Shown here: piece by piece, positions 48,790 to 60,656 of the stretch
Layout: each line of letters starts with the position of its first letter
Position numbering within the stretch: position 1 is the first letter of the stretch
Assembly (NCBI GenBank): GCA_036012755.1
Contig: DASCPX010000189.1
Coordinates: 1-64,000 of the forward strand
Origin: Myxococcota bacterium
GTDB lineage: Bacteria; Myxococcota_A; UBA796; CAJQPC01
Length of the DNA stretch: 64,000 bases
Direction of reading: 5' to 3'
Notes under the pieces: model-generated
The model's input: the letters and a program-made list of their open reading frames with translations, nothing else
Databases searched by the model: none
Told to the model about the DNA's origin: nothing
Made by a program: the position numbers and the translations under genes

Positions 48790-50021
48790 CAGCTGGCCTC
48801 CGTTGTGGGCGTCTCGGCGCGGATGTCACCCGAGTCGATGAGCAGGCCCTTCATGAGTCGCGCGGACCAGAGCTCGTTGAGCAGGACGCTGGCCAACACG
48901 CAGGTGACCACGAGTCCGGCCAGGGGCTCGTGGGGGTAGACGATGCCGAAGTTGAGCGCCATCGCGACGGCGACCTCGCCCTGACCGAGCAGCCCTCGAC
49001 CGACATCTCTGCGGATGTCGCCGCTGGCGAGGGCCGAGAACCAGCCGCTGGTGATGCGGGAGCCTCCGCGCACGATGGCGTAGCCGACCGCGAAGAGCAG
49101 GATCGGCCAGGCCACACCTGTCCAGGTCGCGCCCGCGAAGATGAGCAGGAGGATGTACATCGGGCCGCGGGTGCGCTGGAGGACCTCGAGGATCGCCTTG
49201 CTCGAGGCGTCCTTGGCGTTGAACAGCATCACGAAGCCGAGCACGAGGTTGACCAACAGCGGCGAGAGCTCGAGGTAGTGGGCGGCTCCGGAGGCGAAGA
49301 CGATGATGCCGACGAGCGCCAGGAACTGCTTGTCGACGTCGTCCTCGTCCTTCATGAAGAAGCGGAACAGACCGCCGAGCACGACTCCGAGGCCGACGCT
49401 GACGCCGTACCACTCGGGGTGGGTGACGGGCGTGTCGCGCCAGGGGATGGGGTAGTCCTCGCGGAAGATGCAGAAGAGTCCGCCGAAGACGGCGATGGCG
49501 AGGAACTCGTCGAGACGGATGGACTGGGCGAGCGTCTTCGTCGTCTTGCCCTCTGCTCCGAAGCGGCGCTTGACGAGGTCGAGGATGCCCGGCGAGGTGG
49601 CCATCGCTGCGCTCGCGAGGACCAGGGAGGCCAGCAGGCGGCCGCCTCCTTCGACCTCTGGCACCCCAGGCAGCAAGAGGGCGAACCAGACCACCACGAA
49701 GGTCAGGGCGAAGGTGACGAGGCTGCCGAAGAAGGCCAGCATCACGGCGCCGCCGCTGCCTTCGGCGAGCAGCTTGCGAGGGCTCAACAGCGCCCCGTAG
49801 AGCAGGCCGACCCAGCCGATCGCCAGGCTCATGAGCGGGCTCAGCTGACGGATGGTGGGCTCGTCGATCAGGTGGAGAACCACCGGTCCGACCAGCACCC
49901 CCAGCAGCATGTATTCGCTGCCGGTGGTGAAGAGGTAGCGGTCCTGCAGCCACTTGACGACGAAGTGGAACAGCAGGTAGGCGATCGCAGCGATCGCCAA
50001 GAACGGGAGCACGGTCGTCAT
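48789..50021 (-). CDS. CPA2/Kef-type cation:proton antiporter membrane subunit
   Basis: EYMLLGVLVGP, AIGWVGL, LSPLL, GQGEVAVAMA, NEL; about 12 TM helices. Confidence 0.8.
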   Translation of the reverse strand: MTTVLPFLAIAAIAYLLFHFVVKWLQDRYLFTTGSEYMLLGVLVGPVVLHLIDEPTIRQLSPLMSLAIGWVGLLYGALLSPRKLLAEGSGGAVMLAFFGSLVTFALTFVVVWFALLLPGVPEVEGGGRLLASLVLASAAMATSPGILDLVKRRFGAEGKTTKTLAQSIRLDEFLAIAVFGGLFCIFREDYPIPWRDTPVTHPEWYGVSVGLGVVLGGLFRFFMKDEDDVDKQFLALVGIIVFASGAAHYLELSPLLVNLVLGFVMLFNAKDASSKAILEVLQRTRGPMYILLLIFAGATWTGVAWPILLFAVGYAIVRGGSRITSGWFSALASGDIRRDVGRGLLGQGEVAVAMALNFGIVYPHEPLAGLVVTCVLASVLLNELWSARLMKGLLIDSGDIRAETPTTEAS

Positions 50022-50049
50022 CAGCTTCTACGGGGGTTGCAGATCCTCC

Positions 50050-50730
50050 TCAGCCATCGAAACACATACTGGTCTCATAGACATAGTTGGCCGGCGGGCC
50101 ATGCTCGGACTCGTCCTCTGGGGTGATCGTGCCTCGGCCATAGTCAGACGCGCCCCAGGTGAAGCTGGGGCTCTTCCCGAAGTACATGTACACCAGCATG
50201 GCGTTCTCCAAGTTCGGGTTCCCGGAGGGCGTGAGCGTGTCGTAGAAGGTGACGAAGTCCATCTTCATGGTGTCGCCGTACTCGAAGTCGTCCTCGTCCG
50301 GGTGCTTGAAGGTCGCCAGGTAGTTCATGTGGGGACACTGGTCGTCGGTCTTCTCGACCTCGCCGGCGTAGCCCTCCTCCGACTCGGTGGCCTCGAAGGT
50401 CTGGTGGTAGCTCTGGCTGACCCGCTCGCCCGCGTACTCGAGGGTGTCGATGCAGTCCAGGTCCCAGCTGGTGTCGTCGAAGAACCAGTACCACTTCTCT
50501 TCGAGCAGCAGGTTGCCGTCGGCGTCGGTGTTCCCCTCCGCGACGATGTAGACGATGGTGTCCGCGCCGTCGTTGCAGCCTTCGTGTTGCCAGATTCCCC
50601 ACTTGTCGTCCGGCACGTTGGGGTGCCTCAGCTCACCGCTGTCCGCGCTGTCGCTGCTGCTGTCGTCGCCCGGGTCGCGGTCCAGGAGCTTGGTACAGGC
50701 CAGGGCCAACAGCAGCATCGACGCCTCCAC
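50050..50730 (-). CDS. Hypothetical lipoprotein
   Basis: MLLLALAC lipobox; acidic body. Confidence 0.75.
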   Translation of the reverse strand: MEASMLLLALACTKLLDRDPGDDSSSDSADSGELRHPNVPDDKWGIWQHEGCNDGADTIVYIVAEGNTDADGNLLLEEKWYWFFDDTSWDLDCIDTLEYAGERVSQSYHQTFEATESEEGYAGEVEKTDDQCPHMNYLATFKHPDEDDFEYGDTMKMDFVTFYDTLTPSGNPNLENAMLVYMYFGKSPSFTWGASDYGRGTITPEDESEHGPPANYVYETSMCFDG

Positions 50731-50751
50731 GGCGATGCAGTCTACCTCGGC

Positions 50752-52935
50752 TCAGGCTCGGGCGGACTCCCGACCAGAGTCGAGGACGTAGAGGCAGCTG
50801 CCACGAGCCTTGAGGGGGACCTCCGCGCACCACGCCAGGTTCGGGGTGTCCCGCTGCAAGCCGAGGATCGACAGATCCGCCACGGGCGCTCGGTCGAGGG
50901 CCTCGTCGAAGGAGCCCACCATCACCCGACGGCTCACGCTGGTCGGAAGCCGCGCGAGATCACACAGCTCCTCGAGGAATGCCTGGGCGGCAGCACGATC
51001 CCCTTCATCGGCGATCACCGTCGCGAGGTTCAGCTCACCGCCCCAGAGCCGCTGCAGGCGGAAGCCCATGAGCAGGATGAGGTTGAGGTTCCCGCTCTCG
51101 AAGGCGTGCTCCGCAGTCCAGCCGTCCCGTCCTGGCCTCACCCAGAGGTTCACGTTGCGGCGCTGTCCGAGACCGGCCGTGGGGTGGTTGGCGTAGAGCA
51201 GGACGCCGACCTCGCAGTCCTGGGCGAGGGGGATGAGCTCGAGGTGCTCGTCGAAGCGCTGCTGGGAGAGCTGCACCAGGAGCAGGTTGGGCCGGAAGAA
51301 CGCCCCTTGCAGGGCCATCAGTCCGACACCGATCGCGTGGACGTAGCCGGGCAGCGCGATGGCGCTCCAGCTGCAGTCGATGCCCTGGCGCCTGAACGCG
51401 CCGGCGAGCTTGCGAAGGCGTGGTCGCAGGACAGCCCCCTCGAAGCGGGTCGCCAGTCCGAGGAGCTTCACGCTGCCCTCCGGCCGCGTGAGGTCGGTGA
51501 GCAGGTCGAACTCGCCGCGCAGCTCCTCGACGTCCTCGACGGGCACCAGCAGCGAGGGCTTCCAGGCCCGCTGGTTGTCCTGATCCTCTTCCGTGACCTT
51601 GCTGGCGGCCCACTCGGCGAAGGCCACGAACATGCTGCTGCGCACGTCTTCGTGGGAGTCCTCGAGCCGCCTCGCCCGGAAGCTGAAGTACAGCGCGATG
51701 ACGACGCCGATGGCGACCAGGCCGAAGGTGGGGTTCACGATGAACATCGAGAACAGGCAGCCCAAGAGGCCCAACAGCGGCACGATCAGTGGCACGCGCA
51801 GAGATGGCCGGAAGCTGACCAGGCCAAGGCTCCCCTCGATCAGCACGACCACGTTGATCATGCAGTAGGTGATCAGGAAGAACATCGTGACCATCGGCGC
51901 GATGGCGTTGAGATCGCGGAACATCACGCAGGCCAGGGTCAACACCCCGGTCAGGATCAGGGCCTTGCGCGGCTCGCCGTCGGTGGTCTCCGCCAGGTGC
52001 TCCGACATGGGCACGATACGGTTCTGGCCCATCGCCATGAGGATGCGCGGTCCGCCGACGAGACCGGCAAGGGCCGAGCTCGCTGTCGCACCGAGCAGGC
52101 CCGCCAGCACCAGGGGGGGGAACAGGGAGGTGTCGATGACGTGGTTGTAGTTCTCTACCAGCGTGTCGAGAGAGGCCGAGCGCTCGCACCAGATCGCCAC
52201 GGCCACGTAGATGACGCTGGAGATGGCGATCGCGGCCAGGGTCCCGCGGGGGATCGCGTGCCTCGGGTCCTTCAGGTCCCCCGACATGTTCGCCCCGGCC
52301 AGGATCCCGGTCGTGGCAGGGAAGAAGACGGCGAAGACACCCCAGAAGCCGGTTCCCGAGAACCCGGTGTCCACGTCCCCCGGGAAGTGGCCGAGCCACT
52401 GGATGTCGTGGGTGGCCTGCCAGGGCGCCGGGCTCGCGAAGATGGAGACCAGGGACAGGGCGATGACGCCCATGATCAGGTACTGCGCCTTGAAGGCCAG
52501 CTCCGCGCTCTTGAAGGCGATGGCGAAGAGCACCGCCAGCACCACCAGGTCGATCAACAGGGCGTCGTGGCTCGGGAAGATCCAGTTCCAGCCCTCGCGG
52601 AAGCCGAAGACGTACATCGCGACGCCGAGCGGCCGCGTGAGGTAGAGCGGGATGCCGATGGAGCCGCCCACCTCCAACCCCAGGGACTTGTTGAGGATCG
52701 CGTAGGGGCCGCCGTGGCCGATGCGGGTGTTGGTCGCGATCGACGACAGCGACAGGCCGGTGCACAGGGTGATCCCGATGGCCAGCCCGAAGATCGCGAA
52801 GGTCCAGGCCAGGCCGCCGTTGCCCACCACCCAGCCCGTCCGCACGTAGAGGATGACGCCGAGGATGGTCAGCAGCGTGGGCGTGAAGACACCCGTGAAG
52901 GTCCCGAACCTGGTGGGTGCCTCCGAGCTGTTCAT
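50752..52935 (-). CDS. SLC12/CCC-like cation-chloride cotransporter (APC superfamily)
   Basis: FGTFTGVFTPTLLTILGVILYVR, FAVFFPATTGILAGANMSGDLKDP, C-terminal cytoplasmic domain with WKP and RPN. Confidence 0.88.
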   Translation of the reverse strand: MNSSEAPTRFGTFTGVFTPTLLTILGVILYVRTGWVVGNGGLAWTFAIFGLAIGITLCTGLSLSSIATNTRIGHGGPYAILNKSLGLEVGGSIGIPLYLTRPLGVAMYVFGFREGWNWIFPSHDALLIDLVVLAVLFAIAFKSAELAFKAQYLIMGVIALSLVSIFASPAPWQATHDIQWLGHFPGDVDTGFSGTGFWGVFAVFFPATTGILAGANMSGDLKDPRHAIPRGTLAAIAISSVIYVAVAIWCERSASLDTLVENYNHVIDTSLFPPLVLAGLLGATASSALAGLVGGPRILMAMGQNRIVPMSEHLAETTDGEPRKALILTGVLTLACVMFRDLNAIAPMVTMFFLITYCMINVVVLIEGSLGLVSFRPSLRVPLIVPLLGLLGCLFSMFIVNPTFGLVAIGVVIALYFSFRARRLEDSHEDVRSSMFVAFAEWAASKVTEEDQDNQRAWKPSLLVPVEDVEELRGEFDLLTDLTRPEGSVKLLGLATRFEGAVLRPRLRKLAGAFRRQGIDCSWSAIALPGYVHAIGVGLMALQGAFFRPNLLLVQLSQQRFDEHLELIPLAQDCEVGVLLYANHPTAGLGQRRNVNLWVRPGRDGWTAEHAFESGNLNLILLMGFRLQRLWGGELNLATVIADEGDRAAAQAFLEELCDLARLPTSVSRRVMVGSFDEALDRAPVADLSILGLQRDTPNLAWCAEVPLKARGSCLYVLDSGRESARA

Positions 52936-53900
52936 CCGGCTGGGTCGGCCTCGGCGGGCCAGTCGACCGACGTGGCCGGGGAGTAGCCGAGCACCTGGCG
53001 TGCCCGGGTCCCGTCCAGCACCGAGCAGTAGTGGAAGCGGCGGCTGTTCATGCCGAAGCTGAAGTCGTGCCCGCGGAGGCGGCGCCGGGCCTTGTACCAG
53101 TAGGACGCCACGGCGCCGGGCATGGGCACGCCGACCCGACCCCAGCGCCGCACGGCGGCCGTGAGCGGCAGCGTGTCCACCCCGGGGATGTTGAAGACCC
53201 CCTGCACGCCGAAGGCCTTCGTCGCCAGCTCCAGGGCGACCACGCAGTCATCGATCGACAACAGGTTCATCATCGGATCGAAGCCCAACGGCCGCAGGCA
53301 GACCGCCGAGTCGAGCCAGTCGAAGATCTGAGAGCCGGTCCCCGGGGCGAGTACCTCGGCGCAGCGCAAGACAGCGATCTCCAGGCTGGAGAGCCCCATG
53401 CGGGTGCAGGCCGTCAGGTCCGCTTCGACCCGATCCCGGATCCACTGGGGAGCGTGCCCCTGCATGTTCAGCGGGTGGTTCTCCTGGATGAGGATCGGGA
53501 GGTCAGCTTGGACCTGGTATACCTCGGCGTGGCTCCTGAAGACTAGGCGCCGGATGGTCGGGTGGCGCTCGCCGAGGTCGAGCAGGGTGCGCAGGGCGTC
53601 GACGTTCTGGGCGTGTACGCGGCCGCCGGTGTGACGGGCGTCCCGGTGCATCGAGGTGTGGACGACGACCTCGACCTCGAGGTCCTTTGCGATGCCGAAG
53701 AGCAGCTCGTGGGCCCTGCGGGTGCGCCCCAGGTCGACCTTCTTGTAGACGAGCTTGGGGTGCTCCAGGGGGAGCTCGTCCTCGTTGGCGACCGCGAGCA
53801 CGTTGTCGATGCCGCTGTCAGCGCAGAGGCTGCGGACCAGGCGCTCGCCGATTGGGGTCGTCGCGCCGGTGACGAGCACGCCTTGGATGTGCACCCTCAT
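52932..53900 (-). CDS. NAD-dependent epimerase/dehydratase family protein
   Basis: VLVTGATTPIG, GFDPMMNLL, GVFNIPG. Confidence 0.82.
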   Translation of the reverse strand: MRVHIQGVLVTGATTPIGERLVRSLCADSGIDNVLAVANEDELPLEHPKLVYKKVDLGRTRRAHELLFGIAKDLEVEVVVHTSMHRDARHTGGRVHAQNVDALRTLLDLGERHPTIRRLVFRSHAEVYQVQADLPILIQENHPLNMQGHAPQWIRDRVEADLTACTRMGLSSLEIAVLRCAEVLAPGTGSQIFDWLDSAVCLRPLGFDPMMNLLSIDDCVVALELATKAFGVQGVFNIPGVDTLPLTAAVRRWGRVGVPMPGAVASYWYKARRRLRGHDFSFGMNSRRFHYCSVLDGTRARQVLGYSPATSVDWPAEADPAG

Positions 53901-54754
53901 GTGAACAGGCGTCCTCCGCGCTGGGCGAGTCCATCGTCGATCAGGGCCTGCACGGCGTCGCCCACCTTCGCAGCGGCCTCGGCCACCGCCTCGGGATCGT
54001 CGGCGTCCTGGGGCCGGTAGTCCTTGTCGAGCGGGATCGGCTCACCGTAGAAGATGCGGTAGCGCACCGGCAGCGGAAGCGGCGTCGCGGGGATCGGCAT
54101 GTACGGGAGGCCCAGGACCTTGCCGAGACCGTCGAGGCGGGCGATCTGGGGCATCTGCTCCTCGGGACCGACAAAGGCCACAGGGATCACCGGCGCACCG
54201 TGCCGCATCGCGAGCTCCGCGTGACCGACCCGCCACCTGGCGAGCTTGTAGCGATCCCGGAAGTGCTTGCCGATTCCCGGGGTTCCCTCTGGGAAGATCA
54301 TCAACAGCTCACCGGCGCCCAACAGCGCCCGGGCGTTTCCGCGGGAGCCCCCGACCATGCCTCCGCGTGAGAAGAAGGTGCCGATGACGGGCAAGGTGGG
54401 GACGAAGTGATCGGCGATGGGGCGCGGGATGCGGCCAGCGCTGAGGATGACGTCGCACCACAGCATCATCCCGTCGGTCGGCACCGTGCCGGAGTGGTTC
54501 GCGGCGAGGACCCCCGGCCCATCCTTCGGGATGTTCTCCGAGCCGTAGCTCAGGACCCGCCAGTAGCGGTCGTAGAGCGGCTTCGCGATGCACATGCCGA
54601 GCTTCACGAAGTCGCGGTGCAGTCCGAAGGGGTCGTAGCCATGGCCCGCGTCCCCGGGCAGGGGGAGTGAGTCGATGTGCTTCAGGGTGTCCTCGTCGAG
54701 GCGGGCCTGCGCGATCGCCCGGGCCATCAAAGGAGGAATCGGCATCATCGCCAT
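53897..54754 (-). CDS. Lysophospholipid acyltransferase family protein
   Basis: ANHSGTVPTD, IFPEG, PVIPV, PLPV. Confidence 0.9.
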   Translation of the reverse strand: MAMMPIPPLMARAIAQARLDEDTLKHIDSLPLPGDAGHGYDPFGLHRDFVKLGMCIAKPLYDRYWRVLSYGSENIPKDGPGVLAANHSGTVPTDGMMLWCDVILSAGRIPRPIADHFVPTLPVIGTFFSRGGMVGGSRGNARALLGAGELLMIFPEGTPGIGKHFRDRYKLARWRVGHAELAMRHGAPVIPVAFVGPEEQMPQIARLDGLGKVLGLPYMPIPATPLPLPVRYRIFYGEPIPLDKDYRPQDADDPEAVAEAAAKVGDAVQALIDDGLAQRGGRLFT

Positions 54755-54775
54755 CTATCACGTAGGCTTCACCGC

Positions 54776-57067
<2,292 letters not shown>

Positions 57068-57082
57068 AGCCCACGGTCCGGC

Positions 57083-57307
57083 TCAACCGTCGGGACCGCC
57101 CACGATTCCCTGGCAGGACGGGTCGAAGACCACCTCGGCGACCTCTGCGTTGCGCTCCTCGCAGACCATGTCGGCTTCGAGGTCGCAGGCGTTCTCAGGC
57201 TGGGCGCCCATCTCGACGACGTGCCCGTCCGCGCATCGGTAGCTGCAGCACCCACCGGGCTCGGGGACCTCGGCGGGGGTCGAGCAGGCGAGCGTCCAGA
57301 GCAGCAT
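57083..57307 (-). CDS. Small Cys-rich lipoprotein
   Basis: MLLWTLAC plus six further Cys; abuts the upstream gene stop. Confidence 0.7.
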   Translation of the reverse strand: MLLWTLACSTPAEVPEPGGCCSYRCADGHVVEMGAQPENACDLEADMVCEERNAEVAEVVFDPSCQGIVGGPDG

Positions 57308-58627
57308 CTACCTGGCTCGGTTGAGATTCGCCGCCGTCGTGTAGGCCCGCTTCGCGCCTTCGGTGTCGCCCCGCTGTTCCAGGGCGAGCCCCTCGATGTA
57401 GTAGAGGTTCGCGCGGAAGGCCGTGTTGGCCGAGGATCTGCCCTGTCCTCGCCTGGCGTAGCCGAGGGCCGCTCCGGCGTCCCCGCTCGCGAGCGCCGCT
57501 TGGGCTGCGCGGAAGGCCATGTCCTGGCCGATGAAGGCGTTGGAGTCGTCAATGAGCGAGGCGTGGTCCCCGCTGGTGACGGCGGCGTCGAAGCGATCGA
57601 GCTCGTTGTCGTCCAGTCCCCGCAGGTACCAGCTCGGGCTGTAGTCCGAGGGGACCGCGGAGGCGCGGAGGCCGTCGAGGTCGGTCGGGATCGGCTCCGG
57701 CTCGCTTGCCGGCTCGTCGAAGTCGTCGATCGAGGAGGTCTTGCTGGAGCTCGAGGTCGCACCGCGTGTCGAGCGCTCGTCCTTGGTCTTGCGGTCGAAG
57801 AAACCGCCGCTGGCGGACTGTTGGGTCAGCTCGTCGACGGAGTCGGCGTCCTCGAAATCGGTGTTCGCCACGACCGCTTGTGGCGCAGCGTTGTGCTCTT
57901 GCACTGGCTCGGGACCGTAGCTGGCGCCGCCCTCGGGGGCTGCCTTGAGCTCGGCCTGGGTCTGCTCCTCCGCCTCGAGGTCGACGACGTCGTAGCGGCC
58001 GCTGCTCAGGGCGCCTTCGTCCCACTCCGAAGAGGACGAGGTGCGCTGGCGTGCAGCGTTTGGTGCGGCGGGAGGCTCGGCCATCGGGGCGAACTCCTCC
58101 AGGACGGCCTCTGCATCTGCGAGGTCCATGTTCGGGTCGGCGCCCTCCTGAGGCCTCTCTGTCGTCATCTCGGCTGGCATCTCCTCGACGGCCAGGTTCT
58201 CGAGCTCGTCGCTCTGGGGGAAGACCGTGAACAGCGCCAGGGCTGCCGCCGCGACCACTCCGACTCCACCCCAGATGCGCTGGCGGCGCCGGCGTGCCGT
58301 CGCGAGGTCCACGACCTCACCGCGACCGGTCTCCGGGTCCGCTTCCTGGAGGATCTCCCCCTGGTCTTCCGAGATCGGGACCTCCGCGATTCGCGCAGCG
58401 GGCCCAGAGTCCGTCTCGGAGATCGGCACCTCTGCGATGCGGGCGAAGGGACCCTCCGACACACCCGCGAGGATGTCGTCGATGCTCACCCTGGGGGCAG
58501 GCGCCAGCTCCGGACGCAGGGCGTAGACCGCCTCGATCGCGTCGGCGTCGACTCCGACTGGCGGAGGCGTCCCCGGCGGCTTCTCGAGCCACTCGGCAAG
58601 CAACGATGCTTGTTTCTCGGGAGTCAT
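57308..58627 (-). CDS. Putative single-TM anti-sigma factor with TPR-like C-terminus
   Basis: ATGA overlap with the sigma gene; VVDLATARRRR followed by a TM helix; C-terminal TPR-like helix pair. Confidence 0.7.
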   Translation of the reverse strand: MTPEKQASLLAEWLEKPPGTPPPVGVDADAIEAVYALRPELAPAPRVSIDDILAGVSEGPFARIAEVPISETDSGPAARIAEVPISEDQGEILQEADPETGRGEVVDLATARRRRQRIWGGVGVVAAAALALFTVFPQSDELENLAVEEMPAEMTTERPQEGADPNMDLADAEAVLEEFAPMAEPPAAPNAARQRTSSSSEWDEGALSSGRYDVVDLEAEEQTQAELKAAPEGGASYGPEPVQEHNAAPQAVVANTDFEDADSVDELTQQSASGGFFDRKTKDERSTRGATSSSSKTSSIDDFDEPASEPEPIPTDLDGLRASAVPSDYSPSWYLRGLDDNELDRFDAAVTSGDHASLIDDSNAFIGQDMAFRAAQAALASGDAGAALGYARRGQGRSSANTAFRANLYYIEGLALEQRGDTEGAKRAYTTAANLNRAR

Positions 58628-59217
58628 CTTGGGGGGTACTTGGTGCGAAAGGCCTTTGTGGCGCGGTGAAGGATGACGTCGAAGTTGCCGACGGTCACAC
58701 CCAGGATGGCGGCGCACTCCTCGCGGTCCTTGTCCTCGAGGAGCCGCAGGCGCAGGGCCTGGGCATAGCGTGGGTTGATCAGCTCGAGAGCCTCCTCGAC
58801 GAGTTCACGGGTCTCTTCGACTTCCTGGCCGCGGTCCGGCGAGGGAGGGGGGACCCCCATGGTGCGGTCGACGTTCTGCTCGACCTGCTCCTGGAGTCGC
58901 TCCCGTCGCTTGTGGGCGCGGTGGACGTCGATGGCCCGGTTGATTGCGATGCGACGCATCCAGAAGAAGATGCTGCGGTCCTTTGGGTCGTACTGGTGGA
59001 TGCGCTCCACGGTGAGGCGGAAGGTGTCCCTCAGGACGTCCTCCGCGAGCTCCGTGATGGGCAAGCGAGGCAGGATCACCTGGCGGAACAGGCGGTCCCC
59101 GTACCAGTCGTAGAGCGTCGCCAAGGCCATGCGATCGCCGTCCTTCATGCGGAGGACCACTGCACGCTCGACATCGAGCGGGGCGAGTCCTCGATCCGCA
59201 TGGGCGGAAGGCTGCAA
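58624..59217 (-). CDS. ECF RNA polymerase sigma factor
   Basis: GDRMALATLY, AEDVLRDTF, WMRRIAINRAID, EECAAILGVT...LHRA. Confidence 0.92.
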   Translation of the reverse strand: MQPSAHADRGLAPLDVERAVVLRMKDGDRMALATLYDWYGDRLFRQVILPRLPITELAEDVLRDTFRLTVERIHQYDPKDRSIFFWMRRIAINRAIDVHRAHKRRERLQEQVEQNVDRTMGVPPPSPDRGQEVEETRELVEEALELINPRYAQALRLRLLEDKDREECAAILGVTVGNFDVILHRATKAFRTKYPPR

Positions 59218-59272
59218 GTCTCAGCGTCCTCATCGGACCTCCACCACGACAACGGCGGAGGATGGGGGATCC

Positions 59273-60652
59273 TTACACGTCTCGATCGATCAGGGTGCCC
59301 CTGCCCAGGATCCACGCTGGATCGACGTGTCGTTTCAAGGTCTTGAAGGCGGCGTAGGCGTCGGGGCCCACCATCTCGGCGAGGTACTCTCGTTTCAGCT
59401 TGCCGACCCCGTGCTCGGCGGAGAGAGTGCCTCCGAGCGACAGCGCCAGTCGGTACAGCGCACGCCAGGTCTCCCAGGCCTGCTCCAACTCCGACACCGA
59501 GCGCGGGAGGAGGTTCAGGTGGAGGTGGCTGTCGCCGACGTGGCCGAAGAGAACGTGCGGCAGCTCGACCGCTCCATAGGCGGCCATCATGTCTCGCAGC
59601 GCTGCGTCCGGCACCGCGAAGTCGGTGCCCACCTTCGGCATGCCGTTGGCGACGACGACCTCTGCGACTCCGGCGGGCACGGCGTGGCGAAGAGCGCGCA
59701 GCCGCTTTCGACCCCTGTCGTCATCGGCGAAGAGCGTGTCGTCGACCAGCGCCCCGGTCTCCTCCAGCAGGGAGAACCAGGCCTCCATCTCCTGGTCGGG
59801 GTCATTCGCCTCCTGCTCGCACCAGACGGCGGCGACCGCAGGCGAGGGGATGGCCCCGATACGCCGTCGGATGAGCTCCAGGCTGTTGTCGTCGTACCAC
59901 TCGATGCAGCGTGGCCTGACCCGGGTCCGCGGCCTGGCCTTCTCGACGAGGTCCAGAGCCCCATCGGCGGAGTCGAAGAAGGCCAGGACGGAGAAGACCC
60001 GCTCCGGTCGATCGCACAGGCGTAGCCTCGCCGAAGTCACGACGCAGAGAGTGCCTTCGCTGCCGATGAGGAGATCGAGCAGGTTGTCCGCCGGCGCGTA
60101 GCCCACCGCTGTCTTCACCGAGGGTTCGGTCCAGCGCGGCACCGGCCAGTCCGGTGGGATCGGGGTCCGGCGCGAGGCCTTCACGACCTCGCCCGAGGCG
60201 AGCACGGCCTCGACCTCCTCGACCCACCGCCGTGTCGGCCCGTAGAGGAAGGAGCGCGCCCCCGAGGCGTTGCACGCGATCGAGCCGCCGAGGGTGCACT
60301 CGTGCCGCGAGGTGGGATCAGGAGGGTAGAGCCGGCCCCGTGCCTCGAGGTCGTCCTGGAGCGCGCCGAGCATCACGCCGCCTTCGGCCAGGACGTGCTC
60401 CTCGCCGATCTCGATGACGCGGTCCATCCCCTCCATCGACAGCAACCAGCCGCCCTCGGGCACCGGCCCTCCGGTCGTCGAGGTGCGCTGGGCGGTCACC
60501 GTGATCGGGATGCACTCTGCCTGGCAGTGCGACAGCACTTCTCGGACCTCGTCCATGCTGCCAGGCCGAACGAGGGCCTCTGCGTGACCCCTGGTGTTGC
60601 TGGCGTCGCTGAGGTACCCGGCGATTATCGCCGGATCCCGGATGACGTCCAT
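59273..60652 (-). CDS. FAD-linked oxidoreductase (GlcD/D-lactate dehydrogenase family)
   Basis: YPPDPTS, TLGGSIACNASG, GSEGTL, GHVGDSHLHLN, SAEHGVG. Confidence 0.92.
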   Translation of the reverse strand: MDVIRDPAIIAGYLSDASNTRGHAEALVRPGSMDEVREVLSHCQAECIPITVTAQRTSTTGGPVPEGGWLLSMEGMDRVIEIGEEHVLAEGGVMLGALQDDLEARGRLYPPDPTSRHECTLGGSIACNASGARSFLYGPTRRWVEEVEAVLASGEVVKASRRTPIPPDWPVPRWTEPSVKTAVGYAPADNLLDLLIGSEGTLCVVTSARLRLCDRPERVFSVLAFFDSADGALDLVEKARPRTRVRPRCIEWYDDNSLELIRRRIGAIPSPAVAAVWCEQEANDPDQEMEAWFSLLEETGALVDDTLFADDDRGRKRLRALRHAVPAGVAEVVVANGMPKVGTDFAVPDAALRDMMAAYGAVELPHVLFGHVGDSHLHLNLLPRSVSELEQAWETWRALYRLALSLGGTLSAEHGVGKLKREYLAEMVGPDAYAAFKTLKRHVDPAWILGRGTLIDRDV

Positions 60653-60656
60653 GGGA

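Noticed and set aside
50101..52986. Long antisense ORFs (also 559-2196, 10206-12362, 32284-34272, 34586-37288, 43944-46214)
   Set aside because: Stop-poor shadows of real genes in high-GC DNA, with no motifs.
57083..57307. Small Cys-rich ORF as another RiPP precursor
   Set aside because: No xCL repeats, no LPxDV tail and no adjacent maturase; six Cys after the lipobox fit a disulfide-bonded lipoprotein.
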